Of a DNA stretch of 64,000 nt, positions 42,172-53,416 are shown piece by piece. The stretch's first letter is position 1. Every line of letters starts with the position of its first letter. The notes beneath the pieces were generated by a model that did no database searches, had not been told where the DNA came from, and worked only from the letters and a program-made list of their open reading frames with translations. This DNA is from an uncultured Nitrospiraceae bacterium (GTDB lineage Bacteria > Nitrospirota > Thermodesulfovibrionia > Thermodesulfovibrionales > Dissulfurispiraceae), in the NCBI GenBank assembly GCA_963705105.1, contig CAVPIW010000014.1, positions 224,001 through 288,000 of the forward strand, in the 5' to 3' direction. Position numbers and translations under genes: made by a program.

Positions 42172-42456
42172 ATGCCCCCCATTACGGATCATGTGAAGAC
42201 GAGCATTGAGCGAACGGGAAAGGAATACCGGGACATTCACGAGTGGCTTGACAAGGACCCTGAGAAGAAGGCCGAACGGCACGATATCACCAGGATGTAT
42301 GAATACGGAAAAACGATTGAGGAGAAGTACGGAGAAGAGGGACTTCAGGAATATATCCGTCACATTCATGACGACGTGAGGGCCAAATTCGACCACCTGA
42401 AGGAGGATCTTGATAAGGCGATCGCCGACACGCTCGCGTACTTCGGCGTTAAATAG
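42172..42456 (+). CDS. Small His-containing hypothetical protein
   Basis: AGGAGG RBS; 'DH..IHEWLD..RH..HIHDD' possible metal ligands. Confidence 0.75.
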   Translation: MPPITDHVKTSIERTGKEYRDIHEWLDKDPEKKAERHDITRMYEYGKTIEEKYGEEGLQEYIRHIHDDVRAKFDHLKEDLDKAIADTLAYFGVK

Positions 42457-42624
42457 AGTCTGTTTATAAAGTAGACTTCATCTGTCATTCCCGCAACCCC
42501 GCACTTGATGCGGGGGCGTCGGAATCCTTTTGAAAGAACGATTCCGGACTGATCCTCGGCTGTGCGAGGACAAGAGCCGGGATGACAAACAAACTTCACT
42601 TCATGAGTTTATAAACAGACTCTA
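42454..42624. mobile_element. 171-bp MITE with perfect 17-bp terminal inverted repeats and internal palindromes
   Basis: TAGAGTCTGTTTATAAA ... TTTATAAACAGACTCTA; internal tgtcattccc...gggatgaca. Confidence 0.75.
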
Positions 42625-42646
42625 AATAGGAAAGAGGAGGAGGATA

Positions 42647-43195
42647 ATGAGTTACAAGATACAGGAATCCGATATCGAAATCCTCGGGAACGCGGGGGTT
42701 TCCGGGGATGACATTGCACACTGCAGGGCCGTCGCTGAAAAGGCGCTGGAGATCGCCGAGCGGACAGGCGCTGATCTCGACATGGAGCTGGTCGGCAGGG
42801 GCGCGCTCTTCCACGACCTCGGCAAGGCGACGACACACGAAATAGTGCACGGCAAGATCGGCGCTGAACTGGGAGGGCAGCTCGGCCTCCCGCAGCAGGT
42901 CACCGCTATCATGGAGAAGCACATTCGCGGGGGACTCACGGAAGAGGAGGCCGTCGAGCTCGGGCTGCCCGTAAAAGACTACACGTTGAAGTCTCTCGAA
43001 GAGAAGATCGTCATCTATGCCGACCGTCTCGTGGACATCATCACCGACGGCATCGTGCCGATACGGTCGGAAGCGGAAGCCGAAGAGCGGTTCGAGGAGA
43101 TCCTCAGGGAGATTCCCAAATACGGCAAGAACGACAAGACGCTCGTGCGCTACCTCGGCTACCATCGGGAGATACAGGGCCTCATGAAGCGATGA
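42647..43195 (+). CDS. HD/HDIG-domain phosphohydrolase
   Basis: 'AHCRAV', 'GALFHDLGK', 'HGKIG', 'KHIRGG', 'YADRL'. Confidence 0.9.
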   Translation: MSYKIQESDIEILGNAGVSGDDIAHCRAVAEKALEIAERTGADLDMELVGRGALFHDLGKATTHEIVHGKIGAELGGQLGLPQQVTAIMEKHIRGGLTEEEAVELGLPVKDYTLKSLEEKIVIYADRLVDIITDGIVPIRSEAEAEERFEEILREIPKYGKNDKTLVRYLGYHREIQGLMKR

Positions 43196-44403
43196 GATCT
43201 CCTTCTCCGTTCATCATGCTCTGCAGCGCGGGGCTTTTCGCCGTCTTCAGCTCCACGATCTCGAAGAGCCCTGTGCTGCCCCTCTTCGCCTCCCATCTCG
43301 GCGCCGACCCGGCCGGTGTGGGCACCGTCGCCGCCGTTTCGGCCTTCACCGGCGTTGTTGCGAGCGTGCCGGCAGGCATGATCTCGGACAGGATCGGGCG
43401 AAAAAGGATGCTGGTCATATCGGCGGTCATCTTCGCCTCGGCCCCGTTCCTTTACCAGTTCGCCGCGACTCTCTGGCATCTCGCCCTCATCAGGTTCTAT
43501 CACGGCTTTGCAACGGCCATATTCGTTCCCGTCGCCATGGCCCTCGTCTCGGATCTCTTTCACGGGGAGAGGGGCGAGAAGATGGGGTGGTTTTCGACGT
43601 CGACGCTGCTCGGAAGGTTCATGGCGCCGATCATCGGCGGGGTCGTCATCGGTTCTCTCGCCTTCAACCCCGGCCTCGGCTACCGGGTCGTCTACCTCGT
43701 CTGCGGCGTCGCAGGGATCCTTGCTCTTCTGCTTACCCTGAAGCTGCCAGGCACAGAGACCGGCCACGCGGAATATCAATCGTGGAGAATGTCATTCAAT
43801 ATCCTGAAGGGTGTCATGTCGAACAGGGTCATCGTTCTGACGAGCGCCGTCGAGGCGTCGATCCTCTTCGCCTATGGCACTTTCGAGACCTTCCTCCCCC
43901 TCTATGCGGTCCGGAAGGGCATCAGCGCCTATGAAGTGGGCCTGTTCCTGTCGTCCCAGGTCATAACTCTCGCCCTGACAAAACCGGTCATGGGCAGGTT
44001 CTCGGACAGGCACGGGCGAAGGCCGCAGATCGTGGCGGGAGCCGTCGTCGGCGCCTGCTGCATCGGGAGTTTCTCTCTCTTCACGAGCTTTTTTCCCCTG
44101 CTGGCGCTGAGTGTCCTCTTCGGCCTGAGCCTCTCGGTCGTCACATCGGCCACGTCGGCCTTCATCGCCGATCAGAGCAGCAGGGAGAGCCACGGCTCCG
44201 CCATGGGGATGCTGGGCTCCATTATGGACATCGGGCATACCGCCGGGCCGTTCATCTCAGGCATAGTCGCGAGTCACCTGGGCTTCGCTGCGTCATTCCT
44301 CGGCGCGGCATTTGTCCTCGCAATCGCGTCCGTCATCTTCCTGCTCCTCATCGGCCTCAAAGACAACAAGGAATCGCCGCCGCAGGGGCAGGATCAACGG
44401 TGA
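43192..44403 (+). CDS. MFS transporter
   Basis: Motif A 'GMISDRIGRK' and 'GRFSDRHGRR'; 12-TM pattern. Confidence 0.95.
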   Translation: MRSPSPFIMLCSAGLFAVFSSTISKSPVLPLFASHLGADPAGVGTVAAVSAFTGVVASVPAGMISDRIGRKRMLVISAVIFASAPFLYQFAATLWHLALIRFYHGFATAIFVPVAMALVSDLFHGERGEKMGWFSTSTLLGRFMAPIIGGVVIGSLAFNPGLGYRVVYLVCGVAGILALLLTLKLPGTETGHAEYQSWRMSFNILKGVMSNRVIVLTSAVEASILFAYGTFETFLPLYAVRKGISAYEVGLFLSSQVITLALTKPVMGRFSDRHGRRPQIVAGAVVGACCIGSFSLFTSFFPLLALSVLFGLSLSVVTSATSAFIADQSSRESHGSAMGMLGSIMDIGHTAGPFISGIVASHLGFAASFLGAAFVLAIASVIFLLLIGLKDNKESPPQGQDQR

Positions 44404-44625
44404 CGCAGGTCAACCTCAACTCCATGGAGTGATACAGGCCCAAGCCTTGTTCTGATTGCTGAGAATTGAGATGTGGACCTCCTTTCCTTGCCGCAGATAC
44501 GCCCCCTCATGCCGGCGACATCAGTATAGTCCCCCTGCAAGCCCGCCTTGCAAGCATTTGAAATTCTTGAATAGGTCCAACGGAAACATGTATGATTAAG
44601 TACTTATGGAATGCGAGGTGCCACC

Positions 44626-44856
44626 GTGATAAAATTGACGAGAATAACTTTTAACCCTGAAGTAATGGGTGGAAAGCCCTGCATCAGGGGCATGCGTGTT
44701 ACGGTCGGGATGATCGTCGGCATGATCGCCGCAGGTCATTCGAGGCAAGACATTCTGAAACTCTATCCTTATTTGGAGCTCCCCGATATCGACGAGGCGC
44801 TGTCGTATGCAGCGTGGCGCTCGGAAGAAGTTGAGGTCCCCTTTCAGGCGGCGTGA
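44626..44856 (+). CDS. DUF433 antitoxin
   Basis: 'RITFNPEVMGGKPCIRGMRVTV..YPYL'. Confidence 0.92.
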   Translation: MIKLTRITFNPEVMGGKPCIRGMRVTVGMIVGMIAAGHSRQDILKLYPYLELPDIDEALSYAAWRSEEVEVPFQAA

Positions 44857-45215
44857 AACTCCTGATTGATATGAACCTTTCGCCCGAATGGGTCGAGGCA
44901 CTTGAGACTGAAGGTGTTCACTCCGTTCACTGGTCGACAATCGGGTCTTCTTCGGCGTCTGACAAAGAGCTCATGGTGTGGGCCAAAAGCAACGGCCATA
45001 TCGTAGTGACCCATGACCTCGATTTTGGAGCAATCCTCGCTGCGACGAATGCCGATGCCCCAAGTGTAGTGCAATTGCGCTTTCAGGATTTGGCGCCTTC
45101 GCATGCAAGATGGCTTGTCGTCAAAGTGTTGCGTGATTATGGACGAGAGCTTGAGCAGGGGGCTCTGATAAGCCTCGACGAAGAGAAGGCGCGAGTCAGG
45201 ATCCTGCCCCTTTGA
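44853..45215 (+). CDS. DUF5615 PIN-like (VapC45-type) toxin
   Basis: 'MKLLIDMNLS', 'SDKE', 'VTHDLDFG'; coupled to DUF433. Confidence 0.92.
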   Translation: MKLLIDMNLSPEWVEALETEGVHSVHWSTIGSSSASDKELMVWAKSNGHIVVTHDLDFGAILAATNADAPSVVQLRFQDLAPSHARWLVVKVLRDYGRELEQGALISLDEEKARVRILPL

Positions 45216-45634
45216 CAACTAACACCTGTCTGTTATTGAACACTTCATTCATTATGCACTGAATAGTCCTTTGTCAATTCGCTCCGTTTACCTGCAAGCC
45301 CGCGAAATTGTTAACCCGATAAATCAAATAACATCGCTGCCGACAACCTGATTTCGGAAGGAGGATGTTCCTCCGAGAGTCCGCGGCAAATGATTTTCCC
45401 AGAGTGATGCGGCGTCCTACCGGAAAGAATTTTCCGTAAGGACTGACGACCCGTCTTGGGTCTTTGTCAATTCGTTCCGTTCACCTGTAAACACGCAAAT
45501 TCAAGCGCTTGCAATTATTCTGAATTGCTGGTAGAAATATATCAGTTTCACATTACTGCGAGCAGGTCAAGAAGTAGAGGTATCAGAGTGACATGCGCTG
45601 ACGGAGCGGTGAAGTTGGAGGAGAGGTTTTTGGC

Positions 45635-48600
45635 ATGACGACAAGCCTGAGCGGTTCTGGCATACGGGATAATTACCTGCACGGAAAGGCAGGCGACTTC
45701 CTCCGCGACGCCATTGTTTCAGATGCTAAGCTCTCCTTTGTGTCCGCCTATTTCACGATCCACGCCTTTGATGCTTTGCGCGACATCCTTGAGATTGCCG
45801 GTAAGCTGCGGTTTCTTTTCGGTGAGCCCCGCTTTGTCCGCAGCCTTGACCGTGAGAACAAGCAGTCACGGCAATACCGCCTCACCGAGCAAGGTTTGTC
45901 GTTGGCCAATCAGCTCTCTCAGCGCCGATTGGCGAGGGAGTGTGCTGACTGGATCAGGCACAAGGTTGAAATCCGCTCGGTAACACGATCCGGTTTCCTT
46001 CACGGAAAACTCTATCATATCCAAGATGGTAAACTTGCTCATGCCTTGGTGGGCAGTTCGAACTTTACCGTGCCCGGTCTTGGATTGCTGCAACAAGGCA
46101 ATAACATCGAGCTTAATCTTGTTGTCGCCGATGACCGCGACCGTGTTGATCTCCTGTCCTGGTTCGACAGCCTGTGGGACGACAACGCGCTTGTTGAAGA
46201 TGTCAAAGACACAGTTCTTAAAGAACTCGCCCGACTGTACGCGAATCAATCACCTCAGTTCATCTACTACCTGACGCTCTTTCATATCTTCAGGGACTTC
46301 CTCGAAGAGACACGAGACGTTGATGACGCCCTGCGTCGCACTGCGCTCCCGGATACCCGCACTTGGCAGTCGCTCTTCGCGTTCCAGAAAGACGGCGCGA
46401 AAGCTGCCATCAACAAGATGTTGACCGTCAACGGGTGCATTCTTGCCGACAGCGTTGGTCTCGGCAAGACCTTCACCGCCCTTGCCGTGATCAAGTACTT
46501 CGAGTTGCGCAACGAACGCGTCCTTGTTCTTTGTCCGAAGAAGCTGCGGCGGAACTGGACGGTATACCGCTCCAACAGCACGCTCAATCCATTTCTCGAA
46601 GACCGATTTCGTTACGACGTCTTGTCGCATACTGATCTCTCACGAGACCGTGGGGACGTTGACGGCATTGATCTTGCGACGCTGAACTGGGGCAATTATG
46701 ACCTTATCGTGATCGATGAATCCCACAACTTCCGGAACAACGCTTTGGCTCAGAACCGGCCCGGCGGTTCACCGCGGCGAAGCCGTTATCAGCGTTTGAT
46801 GGAGGACATCATCACCTCTGGAGTGCGCACCAAGGTTCTGCTGCTTTCGGCTACTCCGGTGAACAACCAGCTCGCCGACCTCCGCAACCAGATTTCCTTT
46901 ATTGCCGGTGGAGATGTCGCGCGAGACGATAGGCCCGACGCAGCTTTTGATGCACCGCTGGGGATAGCCTCAGTACGCGAGACGACTCGCAAAGCGCAGA
47001 TGCACTTTACGAACTGGTCCAAAAAGCCAGCCGCTGAGCGCAAGACCAGGGACCTACTGTCTGCCCTCGGCGGTGATTTTTTCAAGCTTCTCGATGGGTT
47101 AAGTATCGCCCGCTCTCGCCGGCAAATCGTGAGCTATTACGCCGACGAGATGAAACAGTTGGGCGGCTTCCCTGATCGGCTTGCACCGCAGGCGATAAGC
47201 CCCCAGATTGATTTGCAGCAACGCTATCTCTCCTTTGAACAGCTTGACCATGAGATCAGCGACCTTCATCTTGCACTCTATCATCCTACCAGGTTTCTCC
47301 GTGACGAACTTCCAGGCTCAATACGCGCTGCCTATTTGGATACGATCCTGGGCGCCTTCACTCAGGAAGGCCGTGAGCGAATCCTCATTGCAATGATGAA
47401 GGTGAATTTTCTCAAGCGCCTCGAAAGCTCAGTCGACTCATTCCGCCTTACCATTCGCCGCACTATCGAGAAAATCGACCGCCTGGAAGAGCGTATTCTT
47501 GCCTTCGAGAAGCATCTCGACGACAATCCTGAAGTCGATTACGACGTACTCACGCCCGACCAGTTCGAGGATCCGGACTTCGAGGGCGAAGACTTCACTA
47601 TTGGCGGCAAGAGGCGCATCCATCTCGGCCATCTGAAGCTCCCAGAGTGGCTCAAGGCGGTGCGCCATGACCGGACGCAACTCCAGTTCATGCTTCAAAA
47701 GACTGAATCGGTCAAACCCCACCGCGATGGGAAACTTGATGAACTCCGCCGCCTTATTGACCGCAAAGTCCAGAATCCAACGACTGACCTGGACGGTCGC
47801 CCTAACAGGAAAGTGCTCGTCTTCACGGCCTTTGCCGATACCGCTCGCTATCTGCACGAGCAGCTTGAACCGTGGGCTCGGGCGCACCTCAATATCCACG
47901 TGGCGCGTGTCGTCGGTGAAGGGGACAATCGCACTTCCCTTGGCAGTTTGGATTACGACGACATCCTCACAAACTTCTCTCCGCGATCAAAGCGTCGTGC
48001 TGAACAGCCGCGGTTTCCCCAAACAGAGGAGATCGATCTCCTCATTGCCACTGACTGCATTTCCGAGGGGCAGAACCTTCAGGACTGTGACCTCCTCATC
48101 AACTACGACATCCACTGGAACCCGGTCCGCATCATTCAGCGCTTCGGCCGAATTGACCGTATCGGTTCGCGAAACCGGGCGGTGCAGCTCGTCAACTTCT
48201 GGCCCGTGGCTGACCTTGACAAATATCTCAACGTAAAGCACCGCGTCGAGGCACGGATGGCGCTCGTGGATCTGGCGGCGACGCAGACCGATAACCTCCT
48301 CGATCCGGGACAGCTCGAAGACCTTATCAAGGAAGACCTGCTTTTCCGTGACCGACAACTGAAACGTCTTAAGAACGAGATCCTCGACCTCGAAGACCTC
48401 GATGACTCAGTGTCCCTTACCGACTTTTCCCTTGACGAGTTCAGACTCGATCTCCTGCAGTTCATCGAATCGCGCAGGTCAGATCTGGAGGAAGCGGGCC
48501 TCGGCATTTACGCCGTCGTGCCACCAAAGGCGAACCTTCCTGCTTGCCGTCCGGGTGCCCTTTTCTGCGTTCGTCATCTCGGCAAAACAGATAGACCCTC

Positions 48601-49030
48601 CACAGTGTCCCAAGACGCCGAAGCAGGTGAACCGCGACCATCGGACTCGGCCAATATCAATCCTCTGGCGCCTCATTATCTGGTCTATGTTCATGATGAT
48701 GGAACGGTCCGCTTCACCTTCACCCAACCGAAGGAGTCATTGTTGCTGCTGCGTGAACTTGCTGCAGGTGAGCCCTCAGCATTTGAGAAGCTTTGCGACA
48801 TTTTCGACGCGGCTACAAATGACGGCGCAGATATGAGTCATTACGATAACCTCATTCAAAAGGCCCTCTCATCCATAGAGCGTACCTTTCAACGCAAGGC
48901 CGCTGCGGGTCTGCTCGCAGGACGGGGTGGTGTGCTACCGAGAGCATCAGAAACACCCTTTGCCGATCAGAACCAATTCGAGCTCATCACATGGCTCGTC
49001 ATCCTGGAACCGCAACAGGGGATCAAATAA
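45635..49030 (+). CDS. PLD-nuclease-SNF2-type helicase fusion
   Basis: PLD 'HGKLY..VGSSNFT'; 'LADSVGLGKT', 'DESHN', 'SATP', 'SEGQNLQ', 'QRFGRIDRIG'. Confidence 0.92.
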   Translation: MTTSLSGSGIRDNYLHGKAGDFLRDAIVSDAKLSFVSAYFTIHAFDALRDILEIAGKLRFLFGEPRFVRSLDRENKQSRQYRLTEQGLSLANQLSQRRLARECADWIRHKVEIRSVTRSGFLHGKLYHIQDGKLAHALVGSSNFTVPGLGLLQQGNNIELNLVVADDRDRVDLLSWFDSLWDDNALVEDVKDTVLKELARLYANQSPQFIYYLTLFHIFRDFLEETRDVDDALRRTALPDTRTWQSLFAFQKDGAKAAINKMLTVNGCILADSVGLGKTFTALAVIKYFELRNERVLVLCPKKLRRNWTVYRSNSTLNPFLEDRFRYDVLSHTDLSRDRGDVDGIDLATLNWGNYDLIVIDESHNFRNNALAQNRPGGSPRRSRYQRLMEDIITSGVRTKVLLLSATPVNNQLADLRNQISFIAGGDVARDDRPDAAFDAPLGIASVRETTRKAQMHFTNWSKKPAAERKTRDLLSALGGDFFKLLDGLSIARSRRQIVSYYADEMKQLGGFPDRLAPQAISPQIDLQQRYLSFEQLDHEISDLHLALYHPTRFLRDELPGSIRAAYLDTILGAFTQEGRERILIAMMKVNFLKRLESSVDSFRLTIRRTIEKIDRLEERILAFEKHLDDNPEVDYDVLTPDQFEDPDFEGEDFTIGGKRRIHLGHLKLPEWLKAVRHDRTQLQFMLQKTESVKPHRDGKLDELRRLIDRKVQNPTTDLDGRPNRKVLVFTAFADTARYLHEQLEPWARAHLNIHVARVVGEGDNRTSLGSLDYDDILTNFSPRSKRRAEQPRFPQTEEIDLLIATDCISEGQNLQDCDLLINYDIHWNPVRIIQRFGRIDRIGSRNRAVQLVNFWPVADLDKYLNVKHRVEARMALVDLAATQTDNLLDPGQLEDLIKEDLLFRDRQLKRLKNEILDLEDLDDSVSLTDFSLDEFRLDLLQFIESRRSDLEEAGLGIYAVVPPKANLPACRPGALFCVRHLGKTDRPSTVSQDAEAGEPRPSDSANINPLAPHYLVYVHDDGTVRFTFTQPKESLLLLRELAAGEPSAFEKLCDIFDAATNDGADMSHYDNLIQKALSSIERTFQRKAAAGLLAGRGGVLPRASETPFADQNQFELITWLVILEPQQGIK

Positions 49031-52000
49031 TGGATGCACAGAGGAGTAGACAGCTCAAAGAAGGCATTCAGACAACTCTTGCCGACTTCACGAGAAACCC
49101 TCTTCCTCTTGCGGCACGAAAGCTTTTCACCGTGCTTGGTTATACCAGCGAGCGCGATGAGCGGACTTTGAGGATCACCGATGTCGATGAATTCTTTGCC
49201 TGGCTCGACAGCGGTCACAGACTCTCCATTCTCTCGGATAAAGATAAGAAAGCACTCATCTCTGCATGTGAGGATCTAACCTTTCTCTTACAACTCACTG
49301 ATGAAGAAATAGGAGCAATCATCGGGGCTGCGCAGAGCGGACTTTTCGGTTCAGACACAACCGTAGACGGTTCGCGCATTGAGAGTTATCTCGTCTTTGC
49401 AGTCGAACTCTCGTCCAATGCACCGCGCTCCCGCACAGAACTTGCCCGGATTGTCCGCTTGATCAACAAACCCTTGCCCATGCCTGCACTTATCCTTTTC
49501 AGGCATGGCGATACGCTGACGCTCGGGGTCATAAACCGTCGTCTCCACAAGCGGGCTCAAGACAGGGATGTCCTTGAAAAGGTCACTCTCATCAAAGACG
49601 TTGTCTTTGCCAAACCCCATCGTGCACACATTGAGATTCTTTTCGATCTTTCTTTTTCCAGTCTCTATGAGCAGTATCAGCCGTCCAATTTCGTGGCGCT
49701 TCATACAGCATGGCAAAAGACACTTGATACGTCGGAGCTGAATAAGAAGTTCTATCGCGAACTCTCCAACTGGTACTTCTGGGCTATCAAGAATGTGGAA
49801 TTCCCGGACGACGCCGAGAAAAACAAAGATGTCCGGAACGCAACCAGCGTGATTCGCCTGATCACCCGGCTTATCTTCATCTGGTTCATCAAAGAGAAGG
49901 GGTTAATCCCCGAGGATCTCTTCAATGAAACAAGGCTGAAGACCATACTCAACTTCAACGACAAGAATCAGAGCACCTATTACAAGGCAATCCTTCAGAA
50001 CCTGTTCTTTGCCACGCTCAATACCGAGATGAACAAAGACAAGCCCGGCAGCCGCAAGTTTAGAGGGAAAAGGAAAGAGGGAAGAGATCAGCATTACATG
50101 ATACACAATGTATTCAGGTACGAAGACTATTTTGTGAACCCCCATGATGCTCTGAAAGAATACTTCGAGGACATTCCGTTTCTGAACGGCGGTCTGTTTG
50201 AATGCCTTGACAAGATGATCACAACCAACGGCAGAGAAAAGGTTGTTCGCATAGATGGCTTCTCCGACCATCCGAAAAACGTTCTCAAAGTATCTGATGA
50301 CCTTTTTTTCTCCCCTGAACAGAGCATTGACCTAAATGAGATATACGGCACCAAAAATAAGGCATACAAAGTCAGGGGATTGATCCACATCCTTGACAGT
50401 TATAAGTTCACCATTGATGAAAACACACCAATCGAGGAAGAAATAGCCCTTGATCCTGAGCTTCTCGGTAAGGTCTTTGAAAACCTACTTGCGAGTTATA
50501 ACCCGGAAACGCAGACGACGGCTCGCAAACAGACCGGCTCATACTATACGCCCAGAGAGATCGTCAATTACATGGTCGACGAATCCCTCATCTCATACCT
50601 CAAAACTAGACTTCAGAACTCTGTCGTATCGCTGGATGTGGACAAGCAGGGGGATGATAACGGAACGTCATGTCTCCGCCATCTCTTCTCTTACACGGAG
50701 GAACCCCACCATTTCAGTCAGCAACAGGTTGATGCGCTCATTGACACTATCGACAATATGAAAATCCTTGATCCGGCTTGCGGTTCTGGCGCCTTCCCAA
50801 TGGGCATCCTGCACAGGTTGGTGCATGTCCTGGGAAAACTTGATCCGAACAACGAGAAGTGGCGTACGAAACAGCGGCAAAAGGCCATCAAGGAAACCGA
50901 GGAAGCATATAGGATCGGCAATCAGGAGGAGCGTCAGAAAAGGCTTCTGGATATTGATGATGCCTTCGAAAACAATGCCTCAGACTACGGACGGAAACTC
51001 TACCTAATCGAAAACTGCATATTTGGCGTGGACATTCAGCCTATTGCTGTCCAAATTGCCAAGCTTAGGTTTTTTATATCACTCATGGCAGACCAGAAGA
51101 CTGATTCCGATAGGGAGAATCTCGGCGTCAGACCGTTGCCAAACCTTGAAACAAAATTCGTCGCTGCGAACACACTCATCGGCGTAATACGTCCGGGCCA
51201 GCAGTTCCTCCGAAACCTCTTGATTGAAGCCAAAGAAGGGGAACTTCGCCGCGTTCGGGAGCGCCACTTTCTTGCACGAACGCCTGCAACAAAGGCCAAG
51301 TTCCGTGACCAGGACTCAAGACTGCGCGTGGAGATAGCAAAACTCCTCAAGGATGATGGATGGGATACTGTAACTGCCCACAAAATATCCGCTTGGAATC
51401 CATATGACCAGAATGCATCTGCTGATTTCTTTGACCCTGAGTGGATGTTTGGAGAGACTAATGGTTTTGATGTGGTGATAGGCAATCCGCCATATGTAAG
51501 TGCTTTGGATTTCAAACGAATATATGGCACCACTGTTCGCGAACAACTTAATGCACTTTATCACTCTGCAACTGGCACCTACGACCTATTCGTATTATTT
51601 GTCGAGCAAGGATTGAAGCTTTGCAGAAATCTGGGCCATTTAGCTTACATTACTCCTAACAAGTACTTATCAGCAAAGTATGCTGTTGGACTTCGCAGTT
51701 GGTTGATTGCCAACGCCAGCCTCTTGAGGATTCTTGATGTTTCTCCTATTCGCGTTTTCAAAGAGGCTGCGGTATATCCAGTTGTGTCCATCTTTCGCAA
51801 GGAGCCACAAATTGCAGGATCCGTTCTTGTTTCGTTGCCGGCTACTCGCAATCTTGAGTGTTTTGATGCTAACTACTATGAGGAGACCTCTGTGCCGGCC
51901 GAGTGGCTCGAACTGTTACCAGAAAATATCTGGGGATTTCTGCTATCGAGAAACGTCAGACTTCTCCCAGTTGTCATGCGGTCTGCTGCGTCTCTTGCAT

Positions 52001-52241
52001 CCCTTGGAGGGGTCAATGCGACCTCGACGGCGAGCGAGGCGGATGAGTTTGGTGCCTGGATCACATCAATGCCCGGAACAAAGAGCATGAAATTGATCAA
52101 TACAGGCACGATTGAAAAATACATAACTCTCTGGGGAATAACAGAGATGACACATAAAGGCAAGAAATTCCTAACGCCATACTTACCCTTGGCCAAGGCC
52201 AAGGTTATGGGGTCGGTTGTCAATAGTGGACACCAAACCTC

Positions 52242-53105
52242 TCATGCTGCCTGTGCATTCATATGGTATGCTTTTTCAAAAGCAGCAGGTGAAAGATACC
52301 CAAGTCTTGCCTGCCGCCGCTGCCGATTGTAGAACACCTCGATATACTCGGTGATCTCCCGAATCGCCTCCTGCCTCGTCTTATACCGCCTGTGATGCAC
52401 AAGTTCACTTTTCAACACTCCCCAGAAACTCTCCATCGGCGCGTTGTCATAGCAGTTGCCCGTCCCGCTCATTGAGGCATTCATCTTCAAGTGTTTCAGC
52501 AGCTTCCTGTAGTCATGCGCACAATACTGACTGCCCCGGTCAGAGTGGTGTATCAGCTCTGCAGGAGGACGTTTCGCCCAGATCGCTCGTAACAACGATT
52601 CCCTGACAAGGTTCTGTGTTATCCTCTCCCCCATCGCATACCCCACAATCTCTCCCGCAAAAAGGTCCTTATGCGCTGCAAGATATAGCCACCCTTCCTC
52701 CGTCGGGATATACGTGATGTCGCTGACCCACACGCGGCCCGGTGCCGTCGCCTCAAAGTCTTGCTGTAGCAGATTGTCCGCCACAGGTAACGTATGCCGC
52801 GAGTCCGTTGTGACCTTGAACCGCCGCTTTTGTTTGCACCGTATCCCCAATTTCCTGCGTATCCTCTTGATTCGGCTCACTCCTGCTTTCACCCCGTGGG
52901 CTGCCAAATCCTTCTGCAGACGCTCCGGACCATACGTCCCTCGTGTGCGCTCGTGTGCCGCCTGTATCTCGACCTCCAACCGCGCCTCCTCTTTGGCATG
53001 GGCGGACGCGGGCCGACTGACCCAGGCAAAATAACCGCTCGCCGATACATCAAAAACACGGCTCATAAACGGGATCGGATACTCGAGTCGCAATTCATTC
53101 ATCAT
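52242..53105 (-). CDS. IS3 transposase OrfB (DDE)
   Basis: 'WVSDITY', 'HSDRGSQY', 'DNAPMESF'. Confidence 0.95.
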   Translation of the reverse strand: MMNELRLEYPIPFMSRVFDVSASGYFAWVSRPASAHAKEEARLEVEIQAAHERTRGTYGPERLQKDLAAHGVKAGVSRIKRIRRKLGIRCKQKRRFKVTTDSRHTLPVADNLLQQDFEATAPGRVWVSDITYIPTEEGWLYLAAHKDLFAGEIVGYAMGERITQNLVRESLLRAIWAKRPPAELIHHSDRGSQYCAHDYRKLLKHLKMNASMSGTGNCYDNAPMESFWGVLKSELVHHRRYKTRQEAIREITEYIEVFYNRQRRQARLGYLSPAAFEKAYHMNAQAA

Positions 53106-53416
53106 CGCGTACCTGGCTGCGACTCCCTCGCAAAGTACGCGGCCGCTTTTTTTAACAGGTCCCGCTCCATCCTCGTCTCTATAAGCTCTTTCTTGACTCT
53201 TGCCAGTTCCATCTCTATCTCGGTGAGGGGCCGATAGTTCTTGCCGATGTCCTTGAGTTTGCCGGCCTTATACGCCTTGACCCAGTTGCCCAACGTAGAT
53301 GGCGGCAACGACAACCGATGGGCCACTTCAGGTAATGACATGCCTGTCTCCACAATCATCTTCACTGCTTCCTCTCGAAATTCCTTCGTGTACCGTCCTT
53401 GCGGAATCCCTTTCAT
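53102..53416 (-). CDS. IS3 transposase OrfA
   Basis: 'YTKEFREEAV' HTH; 'LKKAAAYFA' with an A7G slippery site near 53146-53153. Confidence 0.92.
   Translation of the reverse strand: MKGIPQGRYTKEFREEAVKMIVETGMSLPEVAHRLSLPPSTLGNWVKAYKAGKLKDIGKNYRPLTEIEMELARVKKELIETRMERDLLKKAAAYFARESQPGTR

Noticed and set aside
45357..45422. Fluoride-riboswitch-like look (..gatgttc..tgatg..cctac)
   Set aside because: Lacks the GAUGG core and canonical spacing; no fluoride-related gene follows.
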